Below, piece by piece: positions 12,698-23,370 of a stretch of DNA of 64,000 bases. Below the pieces are notes generated by a model, which saw only the letters and a program-made list of their open reading frames with translations, was not told where the DNA came from and searched no databases. Position numbers and translations under genes: made by a program. The stretch is from Callorhinchus milii (Eukaryota): assembly GCF_018977255.1 (NCBI RefSeq), contig NW_024704743.1:73410001-73474000 (forward strand). Reading direction: 5' to 3'. Position 1 is the first letter of the stretch, and each line of letters begins with the position of its first letter.

Positions 12698-13005
12698 ACA
12701 CTGGCTCCCCAACCCCCAGTGGATTGAGTTCAGGATCCTCATTTTCACCTTTAAATGCCTCCATGCTCTCCCCTCACCCTACCTCTGTGATATCCTCAAA
12801 CCATAACGAACAAGATGCTCCCTTCGCTCAGCAAGCACCAGCCTGCTTCTTTTCCCTGCAAAATGGGCTTTCAGCCTTTCTGCCCCCACTCTCTGGAACT
12901 CCTTCACGAAGTCCCTCTAACTTGCTTTCTCCCTGTCTCAAAGCCTACCTCTTTGACCTTGGTCATCTTTCCTCTCCCTCCCCTCAATTCCCACTCCCAG
13001 CTTGA
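12698..13005 (+). mobile_element. Degraded L2 3' fragment
   Basis: HWLPNPQWIEFRILIFTFKCLH peptide, corresponding to the L2 HWLP..RI.FKIL motif. Confidence 0.8.
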
Positions 13006-13764
13006 GAGCCCAGCCAGTATGGTTAACAACAAACAACAACAATAGCTAATTATTTAGGGAGGACAAGTTTCGAGGGCTCTGGGGAGAGAGCGGGGAGTGG
13101 GATTGAATTGGATAGCTTTTTTCAAAGAGCCGGCACAGACATGATGGGCTGAATGGCCTCCTTCTGTGCTATATGATTCTATGAACAAAATTGCATTTGT
13201 AAAGCGCCTTTCACATTGGGAGGACATCCCAAAGCGCTGAACAATCAGGGATCAGTACCCGGGCGTGGGGGGGTGTCAGGGAGTTAGGAGGGCAGCTCTA
13301 ACCAAGATCGAAAAAGAGGGTCTTGAACATCCTTAAGGCTTTGGAACACCCTCAAGATGTGAAAGGCACTATATCAATGTAAATTTGTATTGTATTATAA
13401 TTTGTATTGTATTAAAGTACCTGACAATAATACTAACAATATGATTTGAGAAACTTGGGAATCAGACAGTTTGGCAAACTGCTATTATGTTGAAGCAGAG
13501 GAATGGACCTTTCTTACAAATGTCTTCTCACTGAAGATGTGAGTTTGGTGAGGAAGCAACATCATCCTGGGTTGTTAAGGTCTAATAGCCATAAATCATT
13601 GTCAACAGACCAATAATAAATGTTTTCTCTTATCCACAATTCAGCCCTAAATGGCTCTTTGCCAACCTTCTCCACGTCTATCTGTATCTCTCTCACTCCT
13701 TATTCCCTTTATCTCTCCTGGTTGTTAGTCAATTAGCGGATCTCTTTTCCAGAAGCAATAAGCC

Positions 13765-14120
13765 TCAAAAAAATAATAAATTGATCACTCAATCCACGAC
13801 TGTTTGTGGTACATTGCTGTGTGCAATTGCCTGCCACGTTTCACCCACAAATATACAGTCACTACACTTTGCAGTATATCCTGTGAAGCATTTTGAGACA
13901 TCGAAAAGACGTGATAAGCCGCTATATCAATTGCAAGGGTTATTATTATTATGTCTGCTCATTCGTTACGCACACTCTCAAGGCACATCAGTTCACTGTG
14001 GGCTGTCACTCTGGGCACAATAAATAATAATCTTTATGTTTGATGTAGTTCCTTTCATGTCAGGAAGATGTCTCAAAGTGCTTCACAGCATTTATTGTGT
14101 ATTTTGTGGGCGAACAATGA
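13765..14120. mobile_element. Two SINE fragments tail-to-tail (13765-13952 plus, about 14020-14120 minus)
   Basis: Shared SINE body and tail motifs in opposite orientation, about 70 bp apart. Confidence 0.75.
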
Positions 14121-14914
14121 TTTCTGTAGAGGAAGATCTCATGTGAGGTGTCCATCTGGAAACTTTTAACCCAGGCAAATACATTTTATGCTGAAACCAG
14201 AACATGTTTAAGTTCAAGAAAATTGTTGTATCTTTTATCCAATCCTCCATAATGGGCTCATCTACATAATGGGCCTGTAACATGCTTGCCCCTATACTCA
14301 ATAGCCATAAATCAATAAATTTATTGACTTAAATGAAATTCACAGAGTAAACTAACCCTGGTCTGTGCCTCACCCAATAAAGAGACAACAGTAACAACAA
14401 CTTGCATTTCTATAGCACCCTTCACAAGAACAGTAAATGAATTAAAGCTTTTACAATGCGAATATGAACATTTTAATGCTTGGAAAAGAGGCTTCCAGAA
14501 TTTTATTACGCTTTTAGCATGTGTTTTACTCCCCAAATTCCATCATTACTTCTATAATTGTTTGGCCAGAATATTTCCCTTCTGATGTACTATTAGACAT
14601 CTGCCCTGTGTTATAAAATCCAAGTATGATTGGAAAACCAATACAATTCAGCAAAGTGAACGACTAATGAACTACTGTTACGTTGGAGTATAGGGATCTG
14701 TGGGATGGAGAAAACCAATGTGGACCATCTGTTTTTTCCCAAACTTCTGTCTTTTGTTCATCAGGTAGACGTTAAAGATCCCATAATACTACTCCAAATG
14801 AGAAGTGAGTTGTGTTCAATGTCCCAGCTAACAGTCCTCCAGATTATTGATCATTCGCCCCATCAGTCTCTGTGGAATCTTATTGGTCTGAATAGCTGCA
14901 TTATTTGCCTATGC

Positions 14915-15121
14915 TAGTGTGGCCAAACTATGGCCCATGGAGGCATCAAGAAACGACACCCCAAACATTCACACTAGTCTAGGTAAGTCCATGTTCCAGG
15001 AAATGGTAGTGCGTTTCCAGGTTTTTCTTGATTGAATATTTCTTGATTTATGACATAAAACAAGAAAAATTCAATCAACAAACTGTATTTTGTTGGCTGA
15101 CCAAAAAATTGACCGCTACTG
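14915..15121. mobile_element. Non-autonomous DNA transposon (hAT/Charlie-like ends) with internal long palindrome, copy 1
   Basis: Starts tagtgtggccaaactatggccc, ends aaaaaattgaccgctactg. Collinear with 48327-48575. No clean target-site duplication seen. Confidence 0.6.
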
Positions 15122-16619
15122 ACACAGTTACCACAATTGAAAGTGAGTACTTTGAGAAGTTTTGATGTGATAAGGAGCTATAAAAATACTGGGTATTCCA
15201 GTAAACAGAGTATTGGCCTGTGTTTGGAACCTGGGTGTTATAATAATAATACTTGCATTTGATATAGCGTTTTTCATGTCGGGAGAATGTTTCAAAGCTT
15301 TTCATAGGATTTACTGTAAAATGTAGGAAATGTGTATTGGAGGCGAACGCAGCAGTCAATTTGCACCCATCAGTGTCCCACAAACAGCCATGATGTGAAC
15401 GACCAATTTTATCTGGGGGCTTGTGGGCAACTCAGTTCTCCTTTCAAATTGGCTGTTGCACCTGATTTCATATTTTTGGTCAAAAATACATGGCAGATAC
15501 ATTTTCCAGTGATGCTCTAGATCTTCATTGTTAATTTCCTGTTTGAGCTATTTAAAAGGATGAAGGTATCTTTGAACCATATCCAAGTGCAATTTTTGAA
15601 TCTCATATACGGGCCTATCACTTACAATAATATGAATTACATCTTGCAAGATTAGATACGGTAATGGAAATTAATTGCTTGGATATTCATAATCTGTTAC
15701 ACACTGAACTGAATTTTCTGTAACTGGTGCCTCATGTAGCTAGTTACTAATCCATTTCCGTGTCTTCCCAAGATACCCAGTGGCATTAATTTGTAAAGTA
15801 GGCTGTCCTGTTGTACTTTGTTAAAGGCCTTTTGGAAGTCTAGCTGCATTACGTCATAAGGCTTCCACTGCCAGATTGAGATGTCATCCCTTCAAATGCA
15901 TACATTCAATATATATTATATATCAAAGTGGTCAGGCAAGCTAGCATTCCTAATAATAAGATATATCCTTCTGATTTAACCCGACCACGACCCTGACAAA
16001 TGCATGTACCATGATCACAAAATAGAAACAATAGCAACATAGCTTTTTGAGGATCTGAAGAGTTTAGTGTAAAATGGCATGAGACAGCATGCTGTTTTCT
16101 ATTTAAGCTTGGCAGTGTTTCCACTGCTATTTCTTGCAGTCTCTCACAGAACCTTTCTCTCGAGCAGAGCTGGATACGGCATCCTGCTCAGTATTGCGTA
16201 TACAGTGTCTGTGAAAGTCAGGTTCTGAAAGGAAGTGTCATCTCTGGGCTGAACATTTCAAGAAGCAAGTGTTTTCTTGGGGAGTGTTTAGACATAGGTT
16301 TTTTCTAATATTCTTCAAGTGTGAACATCAATGAATACAAAATGCAAGTCTCACGAGTTTTTTATATGCTGATTGAAGCTTGAGAGGTTTTATATTGGAC
16401 GCTGCAGAAACCTAATCGGGGTTTTTCTTTTGTAGTAACAGCTGTTTGGGATATTTGTAAGTCACGCTGGAGGGTTTGGGGTTAGTTGACTTTCTGGTCT
16501 TACTGATGTCAATGACCTTTAAACTGCTATGGTGTTTATGATTGACTCCACTAGGTGCTCTGCATGGTGTAGGCAAGAGAGTTGTTTGTTCTTGTAGTTC
16601 TGGGGTGTGGATAAATGGT

Positions 16620-17600
16620 AAGAGCCTTTGACACTGTTGACCATTCTATCCTGTTACACTGCCTCTCCTCCCAGCTCAACCTTCGCGGACTGCCCTTGCC
16701 TGGTTCGAATCCTACCTCTACCACCGTCTCCACTTTGTTTCCACTAACGGCTTCTCCTCCAGCCCCCGCACCATCACGTGTGCCATCCCTCAGGGTTCCG
16801 TCCTTGGCCCTCTCCTTTTCAATATCTATATTGGTAACATCATCCGCAGACATGGGGTCGACTTCCACATCTATGCATATGACACCCAACTCTATCTCTC
16901 TGCCTCCACCCTCGATTCCAGGACCACTGCTTTCCTCATGGACATCAAGTCCTGGAATAGAGCTAACTTCCTGCAGTTGAATGTCAACAAGACCGAGGAC
17001 CTCCTGCTTGGCTACCGTCAGCGCCTCCATACATCAGGCGTTGACAGCATGTCCCTCCATGGATGCACTCTACATCTCACAGAGACAATACGGAACCTTG
17101 GCATCTTGTTCGACCCTCAACTATCCTTTCTACCCCACATCCATGCCATGTCCCACTCCACCTTTCCCCACCTCCACAACATTGCCCGGCTCTGCCACTG
17201 TCTCACACTGCAGGCCGCTGAGACCCTCATGCAAGTATTCATAACATCCAGGCTTGTTGGCCTCCCCAACTCCTTCCTCCATAGGCTGCAGAACTCTGCA
17301 GCCCGTGTCCTCTCCCGCTCCAGGCTCCGCGACCCTATCATTCCCATCCTCGCCCAACTCCACTGGCTTCCCATCAGAAAGAGGAAACAGTTCAAGATCC
17401 TGGTCCTCACTTTCAAAGCCCTCCATGGCATTGCTCCCCTCTACTTCTGCGACCTCCTAACCTCCTACCAACCTGCCCACTCCCACCGCTCATCGGGCTA
17501 TGGCCTGCTTTAACGTCGCCCACCTCACCCGCTCCACCATTGGTGGGTGGGCCTTCAGCCACCCTACCCCCAACCTCTGGAACTCCATGGGCTCCCTCCA
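16620..17600 (+). mobile_element. L2 LINE fragment (RT core to C-terminus, frameshifted)
   Basis: [15 protein letters not shown] region, tatgcatatgacacccaactc (degenerate YADDTQL), [32 protein letters not shown]. Confidence 0.92.
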
Positions 17601-19504
17601 GCTCAGTCAGGAGCCAGTTCATCAACTAGTGAGTTTTTCTGCAATGTATTAACAGAGTCACTATTTTCACTCAATTATGTTGTTGAACAATACTGCATTA
17701 AATTACAGAGGATCTTAAGCAGCATATTGGTCGATATTTATTAGACAAATTGATGATGGAGGCTCCACCTTCCCTGTTCCTATAAATTCTTACGTTGGTT
17801 TGGTTCCAACTCCAAAATGTAAATGGCCTATGAAGAAGCAGTTTACTGCAAGGGAAAGGCACAACACAGTTTTTTATTCCATTCATTTTCTTCCCCCAAT
17901 GTTTCACTCCTCCCTCTCTCCTGGAGGTTTTTTTTTGGTCAACTGGGTGTCTGACACATGCAGAAAACATCACCACGCTTAGAGTATCCAAACCAAACTC
18001 AGAGTTTGATGCTTCCTATGCACAGCAGGTAACATGGCAATACATTCATTTAAGTAACACAATCTTTATTTTTTGTGATTTCTGCCTTCAGCAATAAAGA
18101 TTTCTGGCTTAGCAAAGTTCAGCTCTCTGCCAGTTAGTATAACATCCTATCAGATCTTCCTAGATCTGCCTAGGCATCTCTGTTTCAACACAAAAGCATC
18201 TCTTCAAAACCCTGAATCACAGATATCACAATTAGTCTTTCAGCTATGGTGGTCGCACTCCTGGAACACTCTATTTGGATCTCATGAGAATTTCATGCAT
18301 CCCACCTAGACATAATTACCTTGTATTGGAATGAAATGCATACTCTTTCCTTGGATAAAGAGAATTTTACTTCAAAACCTGTTTGATGTCATTAGCATTC
18401 TTGATTTTGAAAGCATGATTTATCATATTGAAATATCTTGATGATTTATCCCACTATTTAAAATGAATTCAGTGGCAATCAATTTCTGACACAAACATAA
18501 TTATGAAATGCATTTTGCCGTTGACTTAGAAACACCTAGCCTTAAACAAGGCTGAGGGGAGAGAGAGAGAGAATTATGTACATGATGGAAATAATTGGAG
18601 ATATTTAATAATAAAACATTGACACTTATCTTACTCTGTTGCAAATTATTCCATTGAAAAAGGAGGTAACAGCTGTTAATCGACAAAGTAAGTGATAATC
18701 CTTTGATTACAGTAGTGTTAGGCTGTCCTCTAATGGATTTTACTTGTCACTATTCATTCTTTTTAATCTTTGTCTGTGTTTCATTAGTTAAGCTTTATCA
18801 TTACTGTTGCCTTCATGCCATTATTCAGATTGAGCTCGTTGCTTTTTGCAATGTTGAATACAATAGTTATATTTATTTCTGTGTTCCTTGGAGACCATTT
18901 TCAGATGATTGCTTTGCCTATCAGATGTCCTCATTTGAAATGGTATATTACAGGACATCTAGTCTTCTCCTTCCTGTTGCTTACAAGGGAAATAAATCGC
19001 TGCTTCTGCACTAATCTTCCATGACTTAATCCACCTAGAAAATGCATTTGACAGTTGTTCAGGCGTCTGTTTCTAGTATCTGTACTGTCCTCCAGCTTGC
19101 CATTGCAGTGCTTCACTTATGAAATGCAGGTCGTGGACTTCTGAAACAGATGATACAGGTATTGTACAACGATTCTGAAATTACATACCTATCTGTGATG
19201 GGGGGAGGGGTTGGCCTCATTATGTGAGGAAGACAAGCGCAATGAATTTCTAAATGTAACTCAAATCATTGGCAGCTGAAGTCCACAATGGAATCAGACA
19301 ACTGGAAGAGATGAGGCCTTTCAGTTCCTGTTGAAGCTAGTAGCGTTTTCATCACGTAAAAAAAATCTTTACCTTCTGTTAAAAAGTCACCTTCCCAGAA
19401 ACTAATGTAAGTACAGTATTATACCGGATGTAAAAATAAACTGTGCTTGGGTAATTCATTTGGAGCTTAAATCTCACTGATTTATTTGTTAACCATCATT
19501 AACC

Positions 19505-19828
19505 ATCACCTCAAAACAGTGCCCGTTGCCTTCGTTCCTCCGGGTCTGGCCTCCTCCTTATCCCCTGAGTCCTCTGCTCCACCCTCGGCAGCCGTGTCTT
19601 CAGCCACTATGCCCCGAGGCTTTGGAAGTCCCTTCCTCACTCCCTTCGCCTCGTTCCCTCTCTTCCTATGTTCAGGTCTCTGCTGAAGACCTTTCTTTTC
19701 GACCGCGCCTTTGGTCACCTTCCTCCCCCTCCCCCTGGCTCGGCCCCGGGATCCGTTACTGTGAAGCGCTTTGAGACGCCGTCCGGCGTGGAGGGCACTA
19801 TATAAATCCAAGTTGTTGTTGTTGTTAT
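19505..19828 (+). mobile_element. L2 LINE 3' end (young subfamily)
   Basis: Reverse complement of the 32921-33230 and 44014-44330 sequence. Ends gagacgccgtccggcgtggagggcactatataaatccaag(ttg)n. Confidence 0.92.
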
Positions 19829-20433
19829 TAGTGTTTTGGGATTGTGAGAGAGAGAACCTAAACATGGGGTAAAGGAGAAAAATATAAATGAAACAGAATT
19901 CTGTGATGTGCTGCTTCTTGTGGTTCTGTTTTTAATGGCAGAGTTGAACTCACAATAACACAGTATGCCCTGCTCTGAATGAATCATAACTGACATTATT
20001 TGGAATAGATTTCAAATCACTTGTCTTGTGCCCTAGGCCTTGTCTGGATTTTTGAAGGGAGATCTTTTTCCATGTTGTAACTTTTAGTCGCCTAATAACT
20101 GCATTAAAATGGATGACAATCTGCTGAACATGCACTTTATAAATAATCCAGTTAAGTAATAATTACATTTGGAAGTGCAGTTGACTAATTCTCGGAGCCA
20201 AGATTAAAATATACAGCATGCTCTTAATTGACAAGCTAATGAACTCAGATGGAGGTGTGTGCGTATATGTTGAGTGGGTGAGAGAGGCAAACTATCAAGT
20301 GCACTTTCCATAAAATTGGATACTGCTGCTTGGCAGTGATACACATAGTGGATGTCTGTTTGATAAATCATCTGGTTGTTTTAAATATGCTAAAAGTATT
20401 AAGGTTTTGGTTCCACTTTGATTTAAGCCAATT

Positions 20434-20641
20434 AATAATAATAATCCTTGCATTTGATATAGCGCTTTTCAAGTTGGGAGGACGTCCCAAAGCGCTTCAC
20501 AGAACACACTGTAAAGTGAATTGACTGTATATTTGTGGGCGAACGCGGCAGCCAATTGCGCACAGCAATGTCCCACAAACAGTCGTAGATTGAAAATGAC
20601 CAATTTATTATTGGTTTTTGGTTTTTGGAGGGATTATTATT
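20434..20641 (-). mobile_element. Young short SINE body and tail (headless)
   Basis: Near-identical to 2212-2424. Confidence 0.9.
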
Positions 20642-21479
20642 GCTAAATATTGCAAAAAATATATACTTTTGCTTGTTACAAGCTGCAATGCAGTGAACCT
20701 AACTTTTTTACTTTAGAAATGTTTGCACATGAATATGTTGGAAAATATGCTAGGGCATAGTACATTTAAATACATAGAAGAGCAGTTATCTGAACCATGC
20801 CTAAGAGCTTCTATTTTGTACATAGATTTGAGTGAAGTATATGCACATATGAATCATTCTCCCTGACCTGACTGCATAACTGGATTGTATTTTTATAAAT
20901 AAGTTGTACCTAATGCAGTTTGGGTTTCCTATATCCTCCGTGTAATAATTTATTCACTGAGTGTTAATGTCCGTTACTCTTCACTGTATCCCTTTTACTC
21001 TGCTCATTACTTGCAAATAACATGTTGCGGCTTTTGTGTCAATTTGTGTTTGTTCTAGACATAAACTTCCAGCGTTTGATTCACAAAGACTGTTCCGTTT
21101 TATATTCATGTGAAACTGCAGAGATGGGTGGTCTCCAGAGAGGGAGTTTTCAAGCATTAAATTTTGAATTGAGTAGGCGATGAGCATGAAATTGAATATT
21201 GAACTCAGTGACATTTTCTTGAAGATCTGAATTTGTCCATGTTCAGGCTATTCTGGCTTCACAGCACCAGTTGCTTTAAAGCATGCCCTTTTGCAATTGT
21301 GCAAGGGCGAATCTCTACTTTGGTGTCTTCCTGCTGTCAGTGTAGATAGTTTGAAGATATTTTCAGCAGTAGTATAGTTAGAGGGAGGAATTAATGTCTC
21401 TGAGCTCTTATGGTACAGTGTGAGGATGGATATCTGATTCCTGGTTATCTAGTGTTGCTGGCATCTGTGCCTCTACTAG

Positions 21480-22110
21480 TCAACAGCAATTTGTATTTAT
21501 ATAGCTTCCTTTGTGAGTGATAGCATCTTAGAGTGCTGCACAGTAGCAGGGTTGGATGCCGAGCAAGAGGGAGAGGTGACCATGGACGTGGTCAAAGAGA
21601 TAGATCTTAAGGTAGGATTTAAAGGTAGACCAAGATGGGGTGAGGCAGAAAGACTGAGGCAGGGAGTTCCAGATGTTCAAGGCACACTGAACAGGCTGTT
21701 TCAACTTGTCCAGAATAGTAAAACCAGAGGACATGGCCTGCAATGGAAGGGGGTAAATTCAGAACAAACCTATGCAAACACTATTTCAGTGAGCGAATAG
21801 TGAACCTGTGGAACAGGCTCCCTAGGGAGACGGTTGAAGCAGGAAGTGTTGATTCTTTCAAATACAGATTAGATAGTTTTCTTTTAGAAAATAACATTAT
21901 GGGATATAGTACATAGGTAGATTGGGACATATGTGCATGCGACTGCCAGGAAGGTGGAAGGCGAACTAGATGTACATTGGCCATTTTTCGTCTAGTGTTT
22001 CTTATGTTCTTACGTTATGTTATAATGTCTGAAGGCATGACCACCAATGTAGCATGAAGGGGCGTGTTAGCTGAGTGAAAGGGGCTTGCAGAGGAGCGGG
22101 GGTGGTGATA
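21480..22110 (-). mobile_element. Degraded L2 3' fragment interrupted by a CR1 fragment
   Basis: L2 tail at about 21480 and the LWNSLP/FKSYLK region to about 21680. L2 resumes at about 22025 (ctgaaggcatgaccacc). Confidence 0.7.
21686..22012 (+). mobile_element. CR1 3' fragment nested in L2
   Basis: KTRGH motif, gtgaacctgtggaacaggctccc, ends ttcttatgttctta. Confidence 0.85.
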
Positions 22111-23089
22111 AATGCAGTTGCACAATTTGTGGTGGCTTAATTAGGGTTGTTTCTTCAATCCTGTTGATTTGGGATGGAGGCGCGGTGTTTGATCTCTGAT
22201 GATCCAGTGTGGGTTGTATGTCCCATCCCCAGTGGTGTAACAACAGTACGTAATGTGATTCTGCAGGTCTAGCAGTGAGATAACTCTGGTTTTAATTTTG
22301 AATGAATGCCTTGTGGCTCACCCAAGAGCTAACTCATGTTGACAATAGTTGCCCTGAAATGTAACTTTAAGGGATATATGAACGAAATGGCACATTGTTT
22401 CAGATATTACTTAATGAGGGAAATAAGCAAATTGTGTTCCAGTAAAACATCAGCCGGAATATTTAGTGCCCTGAAGCTAAGGGATAGTTGTCAATTGGAG
22501 CGGTAACAAAAGCATAGCTTTCACATTTCCTCTCTCCTCCATTGTGTTGTAACCAAGAAGATTTATGTTTTGGCATTATTCATCCATCTGTTCATCCATT
22601 CAGCTCCCTAAAAACACAAAACTTGTCACCAGTAAAATACATTAGCTTTATCCAGTGTTAACTGAATTTCCACTCAGCTGATCAAAAAAAACTTGCTTTG
22701 TTTTGCCAGACACTGATTTCCTTTCCAAAGTGGAAATACATCTCTGCATGTGCTGCCTTAATGCAACTCCAGGGAATGTTCACAGACAATAACTGGTGAT
22801 TCTCCTTAACAGCCTTTGATTTTCTTCTGAACCTGAGTGCACAGGGACCTTTGGGGTGATCAACCATTTCTTCTATCCACATACAGTAATTTCTCACTTC
22901 AGTCACTTCAAAACATTTGATCAGCTCTAACTTACATTAAACTTTAAAAACTAAAAATAATAAAAAGTGGTTTATTTTCTCAGATACGAAGGTCCTTTAA
23001 AATAGTCATAACAGAAGCAGCATGATGTATGTCATCAAGCTCGTCATCTCGCTGGAGTCAAATATTGAAAAATGTGACGTGCGACATGA

Positions 23090-23370
23090 TAAGTACAAGA
23101 CAGCGACTAGGGAATCTAAAGTAGAATTTAGGAGGAACTACTTCACGCAGAGGGTAGTGAGATTGTGGCACTTTTTTCCAAAGTAGTGGTTGAAGCAAAT
23201 ACTCTAGTATAGCGTGCATTTAAGTGGAAGCTAGATAGAGACACGTGAGGGAGAAACAAACAGAAGGCCATGGGAGGGAGCAGCAGTGGGCGGAGACTCA
23301 AGTGGAGTATAAACACCAGCGCTTGTTGGGCCAAAGGCTATTTCCATGCTATACAATCTATGTAGATAAT
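23090..23370 (+). mobile_element. CR1 3' fragment
   Basis: aggaggaactacttcacgcagagggtagtgaga and the CR1 3' UTR-like gttgggccaaagg. Confidence 0.7.
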
